From positions 41,299 to 105,298 of IMG/VR virus record IMGVR_UViG_3300037258_000375: a stretch of 64,000 nt of DNA; one strand, 5' to 3'. Made by a program: the position numbers and the translations under genes. Below, piece after piece: positions 1-10,616 of the stretch (position 1 is its first letter; the number at the start of each line of letters is the position of its first letter). Under the pieces are notes generated by a model. The model was not told the DNA's origin, ran no database searches, and saw nothing but the letters and a program-made list of their open reading frames with translations. The DNA is from a virus.

Positions 1-381
1 GATATCCATCGAGTGGAAAACGTGAATGTCATCTACGCTTCACGGCCTGTCACGATGGAGAATCTCAACCGTCCAGCGGAGGACTGCACGCACCACATCA
101 CAGACTTCCCGGTTGGTGGCTTCTGGAAGCCGCAGAAGGGTATCTTCGTGATCCCTGAAGCGCAGTGCAAGGCATTGTCTGGCAATGGCGCGCCCAAGCA
201 GGGGAAGGAGTTTGTTGCATCGATCCTCCCCGAAGTGGTATGCAGCGACGAAGTCAATGGTTGGATGATCCTCGCCGCTCCGGGTGCTAAATGCGCCTTG
301 CTATCTGGAGCAAAAACTGAAGTGGCCGCATGGAACAGAGCCGCTCGAATGCTCGGCTGTACCGCTTATTAAGGAGGGCCT

Positions 382-786
382 ATGCCAGCGCTAGGATCAG
401 AGTGGATCAAAGTACGACCGGAACTCGCCGCAGGCGGAGAGCATTTCACGTTTAAGACGGAGATCAGCGTGGACCGTGGGGGAATGTTCACGTTCACGAT
501 CCCGGAAGAATTGGAAGATACCGCCAGGGCGAACGCGAAGGGTAAGGTCGATGTATCGGTCGGCAAGATGCGCGTGAATTACTACATTATGACGCGGACG
601 AAAGACCAAGGTATGGAATTCCTTCGCTCGGTCGCGCAAGATTACATCAACTGCGACGTCACTCGTGAGACAGTGATTCTCTACACGACACGTGCGAACG
701 TAAGCTATTGGAAGAAACAAGACGGTGCCATCGTTCCGAACGGAGCCTACGATCCAAACTACAGCAAGATGGACATGGCACGGTAA
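382..786 (+). CDS. hypothetical phage protein (possibly N-half of a frameshifted gene with 725..1168)
   Basis: ORF with AGGAGG RBS; overlaps next ORF in another frame. Confidence 0.55.
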   Translation: MPALGSEWIKVRPELAAGGEHFTFKTEISVDRGGMFTFTIPEELEDTARANAKGKVDVSVGKMRVNYYIMTRTKDQGMEFLRSVAQDYINCDVTRETVILYTTRANVSYWKKQDGAIVPNGAYDPNYSKMDMAR

Positions 787-1168
787 GACTTCGAACGAAT
801 GGAGGTTTGATAGGGATATAACTTATTCGGTGGGCTTGATGGCTCATGCGTATATCAAGGTCACGGCACACCGCAAGTCCGGGGATCAGATTGGATGGGA
901 ACGCGCCGGGGAGAACTGCCACTCGGAGCCAGACAACTACCTGGACAAGCTCAACTCCTTCATCGGCGGTCTTTCCATAAGTGACATGGGAGAGTACCAG
1001 GAGATTCCGTACACCGAAGAAGCGGCCAAGTTCTTCTATGAGGCTATCCTCTCGATCTGCAAGCTCTCGGATCGAATCGAATCCTTCTTCGGTAATCCGG
1101 GGAACGTACAGAAAGCCATTGAGAGCCGCGCAAGCTTCATGCTCGGGGCTGGGAAGGAAAAATCATGA
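725..1168 (+). CDS. hypothetical phage protein (start uncertain)
   Basis: protein-like ORF; ATGA overlap with next gene. Confidence 0.5.
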   Translation: MPSFRTEPTIQTTARWTWHGKTSNEWRFDRDITYSVGLMAHAYIKVTAHRKSGDQIGWERAGENCHSEPDNYLDKLNSFIGGLSISDMGEYQEIPYTEEAAKFFYEAILSICKLSDRIESFFGNPGNVQKAIESRASFMLGAGKEKS

Positions 1169-1371
1169 CTACTCGCTTGAAGGGGTTCACGGTCGTACTC
1201 GACCATGACATCCGCGATGACGACGCCGAGACAATCAAGCAAGCGATCCTCGCGCTTCGCCACGTACAAGACGTTCAACCGGTGCCGGTGGACGTCGCAG
1301 ACTTTATCATCCGCGCTCGCGTCCGGCGTGAACTATTGGAAAAAGTTCTCAAGGTCATTGAGGAGAACTAA
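1165..1371 (+). CDS. small hypothetical protein
   Basis: translationally coupled ORF. Confidence 0.6.
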   Translation: MTTRLKGFTVVLDHDIRDDDAETIKQAILALRHVQDVQPVPVDVADFIIRARVRRELLEKVLKVIEEN

Positions 1372-1437
1372 GCCGGATTCAACCGTCCGAACTCTGGACG
1401 GGTAACCACAACCATCAACCAAAGGGAGAAGAACATC

Positions 1438-1743
1438 ATGAGTGATATAAGAGCAGCAGTCAAAGAAGTCGAGGGGCAGATTGAGACGCGTATGCGTTTC
1501 CTCCAGGCTCTTGCGTTTCTCGAATCGCTGGGCAAGACCATCGGGATACATCTTGTGGCACAAGACATCTCGGGGCGAAAGGTCAAGTCTGCGAAGGTGA
1601 GCCATCACAAGAAGGCAGCCCAACCAGCCAAGCGCAAGCTGAGCACAGCGGGCCGCAAGGCAATCGCAGCAGCAGCAAAGAAGCGCTGGGCAAAGGTCCA
1701 CGCCGCACAGCGGGCAGCAAAGAAGAAGAAGGCCGCGAAGTAA
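1438..1743 (+). CDS. histone-like K/A-rich basic DNA-binding protein
   Basis: RKLSTAGRKAIAAAAKKRWAK motif; GGAGA RBS; hairpin after stop. Confidence 0.7.
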   Translation: MSDIRAAVKEVEGQIETRMRFLQALAFLESLGKTIGIHLVAQDISGRKVKSAKVSHHKKAAQPAKRKLSTAGRKAIAAAAKKRWAKVHAAQRAAKKKKAAK

Positions 1744-1802
1744 GCGGCCCTTCCTGGACTCCCTCCCCCTCACCCTCTCACACACAGAAAGGTATTCGAG
1801 CG

Positions 1803-2903
1803 ATGGCAAAGACGAAGGTACCCACGATCACGACCACTGTAGAAGCATTCGTAGCAGCGCTAAAGAACACGGTCACGGAAAGAGGCTCTGTCACCATACC
1901 CATCCTTGGCTACGCGCGCGTACAAAACGCGACAGTGATCGGCACGACTCTCGATGTGTTCACTATCGTGAAGTTCGAGGGCAAGGGGCAGGGAGACTTC
2001 CTCATCCACCCACGTCGCGCTATCGATGTATTGAGCGGAGAAAAAGGTCCGCTTGTGATCGAATTTCACGACACAAACGAACCGAGGGGCGAGCGCAAGG
2101 TAAAGCTCAAGGTGGGCACGCTTGAGTTCACGCTTCCGACGCTGGCGGTCGAGAACTTCCCTCACATGCCGGAGCCGATAAAGACGACTCTCGCCATAGA
2201 TGGTGCCGCGCTCAAGACGATGATCGACCGCACCCGCATCGCAGTCTCAGCAGACGAATCGCGCTACACGATCAACGGCACACTCCTATCAACTGAAAAT
2301 GGAACTGTCACGATGGTAGCGACAGATGGGCACCGCATGAGTGTCGTAACCGCACCTGGAGAAGGAGAGCTTGAGAATGTCATTCTCTCGAAGAGCACAA
2401 CGGAGTGGCTTCGCAACAACTGCCGGGGCAAGGTACAGATCGGCAGAGATACCAGTGGTAACATCATCTCCACGGATACGGGAATTGTGATATCGAAGAC
2501 GCTGAGCGGCCAATTCCCGAACTATCAGGCTGTGATCCCAACAAAGTCTTCAGTCTCCGTACGCTTCTCTTCCTCCAAAACAGCCGCCGCCTTCTTGAAG
2601 CGCGCTTGCAAATGCGCGAGCCGAGAGAGCGGCACGATCAAGCTGTTTCTCGAAAAAGGAAAGCAAGAGGTAGTGATTTTGGCTGAATCGTTGGAGCGCG
2701 GATCGGCGCGTGTTCCAGTCCCCGCAGCTATTGAAAACATGCAGACTACGGGAATGACGATTGGATTCTGCGGAGAGTTCATTCTCGATTTTCTTGCCGT
2801 GCTCCCCGACCAGGAATTCACCCTCTCTCTCACCAAGGCAGACATGGCCGGAATGTTCGAGGTGGAGAACTTCAAGTACATTGTCATGCCGATGCGCCTC
2901 TGA
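1803..2903 (+). CDS. dnaN: DNA polymerase III beta sliding clamp
   Basis: 366 aa; VATDGHRM, GQFPNY and C-terminal YIVMPMRL motifs. Confidence 0.93.
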   Translation: MAKTKVPTITTTVEAFVAALKNTVTERGSVTIPILGYARVQNATVIGTTLDVFTIVKFEGKGQGDFLIHPRRAIDVLSGEKGPLVIEFHDTNEPRGERKVKLKVGTLEFTLPTLAVENFPHMPEPIKTTLAIDGAALKTMIDRTRIAVSADESRYTINGTLLSTENGTVTMVATDGHRMSVVTAPGEGELENVILSKSTTEWLRNNCRGKVQIGRDTSGNIISTDTGIVISKTLSGQFPNYQAVIPTKSSVSVRFSSSKTAAAFLKRACKCASRESGTIKLFLEKGKQEVVILAESLERGSARVPVPAAIENMQTTGMTIGFCGEFILDFLAVLPDQEFTLSLTKADMAGMFEVENFKYIVMPMRL

Positions 2904-3009
2904 CAATAACCTCACTTGTGTACGATTATTCTTGACACCGAATAAAAAGGAGCGCAGAGTAACAAAGAACCGCTCATGCGGGCAATCAATCTCCGGGAGG
3001 AATAACGCT

Positions 3010-3822
3010 ATGGCAGTTGAATGGGCATCGGAAGATATAAAGCGGGCGGGGGCACTTTACGTTGCATTCCCGGAAGACATCACCATTGTCGAGGAACTCA
3101 ACGGACGGCATGATCCGACCGACATCGAGGCTCTTGCCGCTGACATCGAAGCCAACGATCAGCACACGCCGGTTGGCCTTCGCAAGAATGACGACGGGCA
3201 ACCAGTGCTTGTGTACGGTCACCGCCGCTGGGAAGCGGTCGCGTTGCTCAACAAGAAGTACCCGCATAGCAAGCGCAAGCTTGTCGGCACCTATCTGAGC
3301 GTGGATGAGAACGGCGCGTTCATCGCCGCGATCAGCGAGAACCGTTTCCGCAAGGACGTATCCCCCATAGACGACTGTGCGAATATCAACACGCTGCGCA
3401 AGCGGCTGAAGTTCGCAGATGAGGACATCGCTAAGGTCTATTTCCCCGAAGCCAAGAGCAAGGAAGAACTCGCAGCGGCTCTCCGCTTCGTGAAGCAACG
3501 CGGATCGCTCATTGAACTCGCGCCCGAGGCAGCTACCGCCGTCCGCGAGGGCAAGGTCAAGGTAACCGCTGCCGTCAGGCTCGCGAAGCTCTCCAAGAAC
3601 TTGCAGCGCGAGAAGCTGAAAGAGCAGCCAGCCAAGATGAAGGCAAAGGACGTGCCCGCGCCGAAGCCGAAGCGTGAGAGCATTCCCGCGACCATGCTTC
3701 CCCTGGTGAAGAAGGCAATCAAGGACTTGCTGTTGAAAGACCTCGAAAACACGCAGTATCCCTACGTCGAGGTCAAGCGGGAGCCTATGCTTGCTCTCTA
3801 CCGTCTCATCAACCCTAGCTAG
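3010..3822 (+). CDS. ParB/Srx N-terminal domain protein
   Basis: LVYGHRRWEA and ISENRFRKDVSP motifs; GGGAGG RBS before ATG 3010. Confidence 0.85.
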   Translation: MAVEWASEDIKRAGALYVAFPEDITIVEELNGRHDPTDIEALAADIEANDQHTPVGLRKNDDGQPVLVYGHRRWEAVALLNKKYPHSKRKLVGTYLSVDENGAFIAAISENRFRKDVSPIDDCANINTLRKRLKFADEDIAKVYFPEAKSKEELAAALRFVKQRGSLIELAPEAATAVREGKVKVTAAVRLAKLSKNLQREKLKEQPAKMKAKDVPAPKPKRESIPATMLPLVKKAIKDLLLKDLENTQYPYVEVKREPMLALYRLINPS

Positions 3823-3853
3823 TCCGAGCTTCGGATAGGTCAAGGAGATATCG

Positions 3854-4408
3854 ATGAAGCTGAGCTATGCTGAACGCCATCGCTTCGACAAGGCCGCTCC
3901 ATTCAAGATCGATGGTGTTTACTGTAAGCTGATTCCTTTGACGAAGGGGCAGTACGCAATCGTGTGGGAATCCGATTACGAATGGTTAATGTTTTGGAAC
4001 TGGTGCGCTAGATGGAACGGCCATCCCAAGACGTACTATGCCGTTCGTGGCGTACAAAAAGACGATAGACAGCAACTGATTTATATGCACCGCTTTATCA
4101 AAGGGCTTGCCCCCGGTGATTTACTCCAATGCGATCATAAAAGTCCTGGGAGCGGCTTGGATTGCCGACGCTCTAATTTACGCATTGCCTCTAACGCGCA
4201 GAATCACTGGAATCAAGGTGTACGCAAGAATAACAAAAGTGGCTATAAAGGCGTATATCTTCGGAAAGATACAGGGAAATGGACGGCACAGATTACAGTG
4301 AACGGACGATGCAAGACACTCGGTTCATTTCGCAGTAGACGCGTAGCTTTTCTCGCGTATTGTAAGGCAGCAGAACTTTACCATGGCGAATTCGCACGAG
4401 TCGCTTAA
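3854..4408 (+). CDS. HNH-AP2 homing endonuclease
   Basis: MHRFI..DH..LDCRRSNLR, NKSGYKGV..W.AQI..LGSF, HGEFAR. Confidence 0.88.
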   Translation: MKLSYAERHRFDKAAPFKIDGVYCKLIPLTKGQYAIVWESDYEWLMFWNWCARWNGHPKTYYAVRGVQKDDRQQLIYMHRFIKGLAPGDLLQCDHKSPGSGLDCRRSNLRIASNAQNHWNQGVRKNNKSGYKGVYLRKDTGKWTAQITVNGRCKTLGSFRSRRVAFLAYCKAAELYHGEFARVA

Positions 4409-5363
4409 GATAAGGAAAATTGCATGAGTGTCAAAATCAAAGGGCATCGCCTTCTTCCCGCTGATCCACAACAACCGCGCAGAGCCACATGTGGATGTGG
4501 CGCATGGTGTAACTTAATCACCGGAGTCGGGTCCGCGCTTATTCTCAAGGCAAGGTCCGATTGGCACCTGGAGCATAAGCTCAACGTCCTCCACAGCCAG
4601 GGTAAGCTCGACGAAGAGGAGGATAAACCGATATGGGCGGACATGCGATAGGTGCTGTGATCTTTGGGATATTTTTCCTTTCGGCTATCAGCGTTGCATT
4701 GATCGGTCTTATTCGGCTTGACGATAAGAGCGGGCGGAGTGTTGACTGGCACAGACGCAATGGACGCTGGCGTGTACAGTATCCAAACGGCGGTGTCTCG
4801 CAACCATTTACGCGCTCCGTGGCTAAGGATTACGCGAAGTTGTTCGGCGGTGTTGTCGTTCGAAAGGAGAAGGAACCAAATGAATCTGGACAAAGCGAAC
4901 TGGAGGAAGGGTCTTCATCCGGAAGACATTGAAGCGGACGGTCAGCGCTATGGCCCAGCATTCGTGTTTGGCACACGCATGTACCATTCGCATAAACCTA
5001 TCAACTACACGGCAATTTTTGTCGTCTTCTTTTTCATCTCTTTCGTTCTCTCGTTTCTTGGATTCCGACTCGGCTGGTGGTAATGAGGTGCTGCTGTGAG
5101 CATTAAAGAAATCGTAATTCACACGTACAGTTGCCGGTGCGATTTACCAGAATGTCCGGGGAAGGGAAAGCCTTGGATCGCAACAAAAGGAGTACCGAAG
5201 CGATGCCGGTACTGCAAGAGACTGGCCTGGAACGGCAAAGGTCGGGAGGTACGAAAGAACGCACTCCCCATCAAGTACGACGACATGACCGACGAAGAGC
5301 GTCGTGAATACAACCGCAAGAAGAAAACTGAGTCGAGAGCCAGGATAAAAAAAGAGGCTGGGG

Positions 5364-5681
5364 ATGACGACTAACAAAAAGACGCTGCCTCTCCGAATCC
5401 TTGAGGCTCTAGCCGCGTTCGAAGATGGGCGCGCCGCGTACGTCCATCTCATGTGGAAGGTGTGGCCACCGAAGGATTACCCACGAGCTTATCGGCACTC
5501 AGGCAAGGGTGGTCCTCCGGGAGTGTCACGAGTTTTCAGTGGGGCTCTCAACCGGATGCGGCAACAGGGGTTGATTGCACGTACGCGATATTCCATTGGA
5601 TACGAGCAGCGATATGGACAGCCAGATGTAATCATTCTCTCCACCGGAAGAAAGGCGCTCAAAGATGATCTTCAAGCGTGA
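5364..5681 (+). CDS. hypothetical protein, possible winged HTH
   Basis: coupled ORF; L.RM...GLI pattern. Confidence 0.45.
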   Translation: MTTNKKTLPLRILEALAAFEDGRAAYVHLMWKVWPPKDYPRAYRHSGKGGPPGVSRVFSGALNRMRQQGLIARTRYSIGYEQRYGQPDVIILSTGRKALKDDLQA

Positions 5682-5868
5682 ACGCAGAACCTATCCAACT
5701 GTACATTGGCAGGGCGGACGCCTGCCAGGAAGTATCCGTACGTTCTGCGGACCTCTCATCACCGACAAGACGGCGCATTCGCCCGACAAAGCAAAGGTGA
5801 ACTGCAAGCGGTGTCTCCAGTGCATGAGGCGGCACGGGCATCTTCCGACAGAATAAGGAGGTCATGGG

Positions 5869-6525
5869 ATGGAATTCCCCGATCTTGAAAAATTGGACGA
5901 CATAGCGCTCATGAAAGAAGTCGTTGCTGAGAACGGCGATGCGCTCGCGGTATTATTTGACCGTTACCACAACAGGGTTCTTAGTGTAGGGCTCAGAATT
6001 CTCAAGAATCGCGAAGAAGCTGAAGAAGTAATGCAGCAGGTATTTTTAGAAGTTTGGCGTGTAGGAGCAAAGTTCGATCCCGCAAAGGGAAAGTTCTACA
6101 CGTGGTTGATGCAATACGCTTATCATCGAAGTCTTAATCGGAGGCAGAGCCTTATCTCTCGACGTTTCTGGAGTCATTGCGGCTTCGACATATTCGCCGG
6201 GATGCGTGCAGGGAGCGACGATAAGGTTAATCGGCGATTCCGCGATGGCACCTTTGAGCCGCCCGAGGAGTTAATGTTGCGGCCTCAAGGTGAGTGCAAC
6301 CGGCTCGTGGAGGAAGTGCTGAAGGCATTGAATGAAGAACAGCGACATGCAATTCGCCTTGTCCACTACGAAGGCATGAGTTTGAAAGAGGCTGCTGAAG
6401 TAGCTAACACGCCTTTTCACAATATGCGTCACCATTATTACCGGGGTTTGCAAAAGATGAAAAAGCATCTTTCTATACTTGCTCAAAAAAACAAAAACTT
6501 GGACACTCTCGGAGGAAAATCGTGA
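5869..6525 (+). CDS. ECF-type sigma-70 RNA polymerase sigma factor
   Basis: region 2 (LFDRY..AEEVMQQVFLEVW..FDP.KG.F.TWL) and region 4 (L.HYEGMSLKE.A). Confidence 0.9.
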   Translation: MEFPDLEKLDDIALMKEVVAENGDALAVLFDRYHNRVLSVGLRILKNREEAEEVMQQVFLEVWRVGAKFDPAKGKFYTWLMQYAYHRSLNRRQSLISRRFWSHCGFDIFAGMRAGSDDKVNRRFRDGTFEPPEELMLRPQGECNRLVEEVLKALNEEQRHAIRLVHYEGMSLKEAAEVANTPFHNMRHHYYRGLQKMKKHLSILAQKNKNLDTLGGKS

Positions 6526-6854
6526 GCGAATTTATGACCGTGGACCATCCGCGAGCTTTCGAGGGTATGACTCTCGATCCTCACAAAGAGTTGCGGATCA
6601 AGCACTATCCGGAAGAGACGCATCTATGCCCGCTCTGCAAGGGCTACGGCGGATGGCATCTCCAGTTCGACGCCTACGGTCCAGGCAAGCACTTTGACTC
6701 TAGTTGCTTCCAGTGCAACGGGTGGGGATACGTCTCGGCAAAGGATGCAGATCACATACATAAGTACGGTCCAGGCACTACGGTAGGGCACTGCCTGAAT
6801 AACTATACCTGTGAGATTTGCAATCAAGTACGCACTGTCGATTCGAGCGACTGA
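6522..6854 (+). CDS. CxxCxGxG zinc-finger protein
   Basis: CPLCKGYG, CFQCNGWG, CEIC. Confidence 0.6.
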   Translation: MSEFMTVDHPRAFEGMTLDPHKELRIKHYPEETHLCPLCKGYGGWHLQFDAYGPGKHFDSSCFQCNGWGYVSAKDADHIHKYGPGTTVGHCLNNYTCEICNQVRTVDSSD

Positions 6855-7366
6855 AATGAAGCGGCGGGTCGTCATCGAAGTGTGGGAGTGTGAGTGCTCG
6901 CAGTGCGGGCATCCGCGAGACCGATACAAGCCTTGGTACAGTCTCGCGAAGCGTCCTCCGCAAGAATGCCCTGGTTGTGGATCGCGTGAATGGGACGGCA
7001 AGAAGATCAAGCACAAACCGGGGGCGAAGCCGAAGATCGAATTACCAAAACCAGTTCGAGTGAGAGCTACCGAGGGGGACGAATGCTAAAGAGTGTTTTC
7101 TTGATGCTTCTATTGGTCGTTGGATGTGAAGTGACGGACGAATCCAAGGCCATTCACGTGATCGGAACAATAACAGCCGTGGAAAATGACGGCTCCTTCG
7201 ATCTGGAGAATAGCCAGTCCAAAATTATCCATTTCGATAGGTGCTGGGAACAGATCGGCCACTTTGATGTATGGAAAAATGAGCGCGTCGATCTCAATCT
7301 GCAAATCAAGGTAATGAATGGAGGACAGTGCGCCTTTATTGTTTCCTCTACTGATCTGCACTGAAA

Positions 7367-7954
7367 GTGAGGATAGCTATGATTAAAAGCTGGAAGCAAG
7401 ACCACGGTATAAGCAACGGCCCTGGAATCATCCTTGTCAATTCCAAGTACGTCCACAACGTCGCGGCGGCGATCCGCGCGGCGTCTTGCTTTGACGTGAC
7501 TCGGCTTGTGTGGACGGGCAGCCGCGTCAATCCCGATCTACTCGACCGCCTGCCTCGCGAAGAGAGGATGAAGGGCTACAAAGACATCCTGTGGACACAC
7601 GACGTCAAGGACCGGCCCTTTGATTTATTCTCGCCTCGCGTCGTTCCGGTGTGCGTGGAGTTGCTCGAAAACTCCGAACCGCTCACAACCTTCGAACACC
7701 CTGATAACGCTGTGTACGTGTTCGGACCTGAAGATGGGGGAGTGCCGCAAGTGCTGCGCCGCTTCTGCCATCGCTTCGTTCACATTCAATCGAACCACTG
7801 CCTCAATCTTTCGGCAGCGGTGAATGTGGTTCTTCATGACAGAAAGTCTAAACGGCAGATCGCGGGCCTTGAGCCCATCTTGCCAACCGGCGAAATGCTC
7901 AATGAACACAGAGGCCCGATGGAGATTGCCATAGCGGGATGGGATGGGTACTGA
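7367..7954 (+). CDS. SpoU/TrmH family RNA methyltransferase
   Basis: NVAAAIRAA, VFGPEDGG, CLNLSAAVNVVL SPOUT motifs. Confidence 0.88.
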   Translation: MRIAMIKSWKQDHGISNGPGIILVNSKYVHNVAAAIRAASCFDVTRLVWTGSRVNPDLLDRLPREERMKGYKDILWTHDVKDRPFDLFSPRVVPVCVELLENSEPLTTFEHPDNAVYVFGPEDGGVPQVLRRFCHRFVHIQSNHCLNLSAAVNVVLHDRKSKRQIAGLEPILPTGEMLNEHRGPMEIAIAGWDGY

Positions 7955-8369
7955 ATGCTGACCAAATTCTGGACGGTATGCAAACCATGCAACGGACGCG
8001 GTGAAGTCAATCCAAACTCTCCACATGCGCGCAAGCCGCCGAAGATGACCGGAGAGATTACGGATCGCACCACGAGCGTTTGTAAGAAGTGCTCCGGGTG
8101 CGGGATGCAGTGGAATATGACGAGGGGGAAATGATGAGAACTTGGTGGATTGCTCCTGGTGACAATGAAAAAGTGATGCGCGGTGACGAGGTGATCGCTA
8201 CCATCACAACAATGAAAAGCGGGAACTATCGCTGGGACGGAATGAATATGTATCGTGAAAACTTCTTAATGAAGGACCATATCTTGGAGGACGTCAAGTA
8301 TTTTTACCGCTACCCGCACCGTCGCAAAACTGTCATCACATTTAAGAGCGGCAGAAAGGTCGTGCTCTG

Positions 8370-8588
8370 ATGAGCGACCGCTGGTATAAGAATCACCGCC
8401 TGGAGTGGATCGCCGAGATGCTCCGCATTTATGGCTTCATCAACCGCGAGCACGTGATGCGGAAGTTTGGCATCTCGACACCGCAAGCTTCGAAAGACCT
8501 GAACGACTTTCAGAAGAAGAATCCGAACGCGGTGAGTTACGATCTTAGCGTTAAGAAATTTATTGCTCGGGATGGACGGAAGATATGA
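8370..8588 (+). CDS. small HTH protein resembling N-terminal HTH of WYL regulators
   Basis: G.INR..VM.KFGISTPQASKDL..F...P....YD.S.K. Confidence 0.7.
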   Translation: MSDRWYKNHRLEWIAEMLRIYGFINREHVMRKFGISTPQASKDLNDFQKKNPNAVSYDLSVKKFIARDGRKI

Positions 8589-9283
8589 CTGCATCGAATG
8601 AATCCGAAGTTTACCGCGCGGTCTGTTACATGCGCTGCTCAGGCGATGGCCAGATTCTCGGAGACACCTGGGAACGCCAGCGCGAGGTGATCTTCAAACA
8701 CGCCTTGGCGAACGACTTTGACGTGGTTGAGGAGTTCCGAGACGAGGGTGTCACCGGCAAGATGGAACTGGAGAATCGCGCAGGGCTGTCCGCTTGTATG
8801 CAGTTCATCCAGGCGAACAGCATCAAGTTGGTCTTGGTCGAGTCCAGCGACCGGCTCGCCCGCGACATGATCGTGGCTGAGGTCATCGTGCGCGAGTTCC
8901 AGAAGATCGGCGTCAAGGTGATCGCGGCCTCGGGGGGTGTGGACCTCACCGCAGGCGACGATCTGAATCCAACCGCCAAGCTGATCCGGCAAATCCTCGC
9001 CGCAATCGCCGAGTTCGACCGCTGTGTCACCGTGCTCAAGCTGCGCGGCGCGCGCGAGCGCATCCGAAGCAAGAACGGGAAGTGTGAAGGCCAGCACGCC
9101 TTCGGCGAGAAGCCCGAAGAGCATGAGACCATGGAAGCGATTAGAAATTTCCGCGCCATCGGATGGACCTGTAAGACGATTGCCGACACCCTCAATGAGC
9201 GTTCTTTCCGGACCCGCTCCGGACGGCCTTGGCACCGATCCACGGTCGCGAAGATTCTCGCGCGTAAAGCTACCACCAACTAA
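8585..9283 (+). CDS. serine recombinase/resolvase with C-terminal recombinase HTH
   Basis: YMRCS, DEGVTG, R.GL, DRLARD motifs. Confidence 0.9.
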   Translation: MTASNESEVYRAVCYMRCSGDGQILGDTWERQREVIFKHALANDFDVVEEFRDEGVTGKMELENRAGLSACMQFIQANSIKLVLVESSDRLARDMIVAEVIVREFQKIGVKVIAASGGVDLTAGDDLNPTAKLIRQILAAIAEFDRCVTVLKLRGARERIRSKNGKCEGQHAFGEKPEEHETMEAIRNFRAIGWTCKTIADTLNERSFRTRSGRPWHRSTVAKILARKATTN

Positions 9284-9947
9284 TCTTCAGATTGCTTACC
9301 AGGATCGACCAAGGCGCGCCAGCCGGTAGACTTCCCAATTGCACCTGGACGTACACGCCCGGAGTCCAGTTGCTGGCCGTGGCGGGCATGTTGCCCAGCG
9401 ACGTCGGAACCTGGGACACCATCTTGTCGCACTCGTAGCTCACCACAGAGCAAGTCTTCGCTGTGAGGTTGAACGAGTACGCCCACTTCACTTTGTGCTG
9501 CACGTTCGGCTTGAGCGCACCCAAGAGCAGCCCGGTCGAGGTCCAGTTCCCGATGTCGATCTGGCCGGTCGCCACGTGGCGCTGGCCGCTCAGGTTGTAC
9601 TTCATCCCACCCGTGACAATCAGGAGATCGGTCTCGATCACGTTCGCGTTGGTCGGGGTACCGGCGTCGATATCCAGGCCGTACGACAGAGACACATTGC
9701 CGGTGTTGACAGGAATCTGCCGAGGCTCGGCCACGCCGTTGAGCACACCGGCCTGCGCCGGGTAAAACTCGACGGCAGGGTACGACCCAGGCTGGCTGTT
9801 TCCCGAGGTCCAGCAGAGCAGGGTGGTTTTCTTGGCGGGCACTAGACGGGACCCGTAGGCGAGAGGGGGAACGCCCCCTATCGGGGTCGCCGCAGTGTTG
9901 ACATGGACACCCCACAAAGTGGTCGGATCGAGCCGGTCGATGAGCAT
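9270..9947 (-). CDS. hypothetical beta-rich (lectin-like) protein
   Basis: AGGAG RBS; beta-strand-rich composition. Confidence 0.55.
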   Translation of the reverse strand: MLIDRLDPTTLWGVHVNTAATPIGGVPPLAYGSRLVPAKKTTLLCWTSGNSQPGSYPAVEFYPAQAGVLNGVAEPRQIPVNTGNVSLSYGLDIDAGTPTNANVIETDLLIVTGGMKYNLSGQRHVATGQIDIGNWTSTGLLLGALKPNVQHKVKWAYSFNLTAKTCSVVSYECDKMVSQVPTSLGNMPATASNWTPGVYVQVQLGSLPAGAPWSILVSNLKISWW

Positions 9948-10111
9948 AAAGTCTCCTGGACTTTATGATGCACCCAAATCGATCCAAAAACACCCTAAAA
10001 GCGACCGTGGAGCGGCACATGAACTGCGCTTACTCTGCGCTTTTCGACCCCGTTTCGCCGAAGAGACGTGTATGTCACCTGTAAAGCTATCTACGTGTAA
10101 TTTCTATCGCT

Positions 10112-10606
10112 TCACTCCGGGAACAGGCCGTACTTTGGCTCTGTGGAAAGCAGCCCGCTCGACGCTTTTCGCAACTCTTCAGTCGGAACGTCGAAAAAGC
10201 TCTGCTTTCCGGCCCACGGGATGGGGTTTCTGAGCTTGATTGGATCGCGCAGAACAAACGCATAGCGGAGCTTTCTGTCGTCTCCATATTGCCGGTAGTC
10301 GCCCCACACGATCTGCCATGGTTCCCTCGCCGGAGCGACGTCGCAAGCGGGCTGGCAACGCACGAGATCGACGGTGCCGATGATGCACCCAAAGGGTAGC
10401 TGAGACCACTTCATACCCAGCATCGTGAGCTTCGGCTCGTAGAACGCGCGAGTGCTTTTGTCCTGGTGCTTGGCCGCGTGGATCGCGATCCGGCCCCGGA
10501 CGGCGGTCGGCCAGCCGCGCGTTTCGTCCGGCTTTACCATCCGGCCCTGGTCGTCTTTCTCGAAGATGACGGACGCCCACGGCTGCCATAAGCTGAGGCA
10601 CTTCAT
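10112..10606 (-). CDS. ASCH domain protein
   Basis: LSLWQPWAS..K.ETR.W....RG.IAIHA, G.IIG.V.L, G.Q.FF. Confidence 0.88.
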   Translation of the reverse strand: MKCLSLWQPWASVIFEKDDQGRMVKPDETRGWPTAVRGRIAIHAAKHQDKSTRAFYEPKLTMLGMKWSQLPFGCIIGTVDLVRCQPACDVAPAREPWQIVWGDYRQYGDDRKLRYAFVLRDPIKLRNPIPWAGKQSFFDVPTEELRKASSGLLSTEPKYGLFPE

Positions 10607-10616
10607 ATCAGGCTCC

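Noticed and set aside
8585-9283. IS607/transposon or prophage boundary
   Set aside because: No TnpB, terminal repeats or att duplication seen; phage-like genes continue on both sides.
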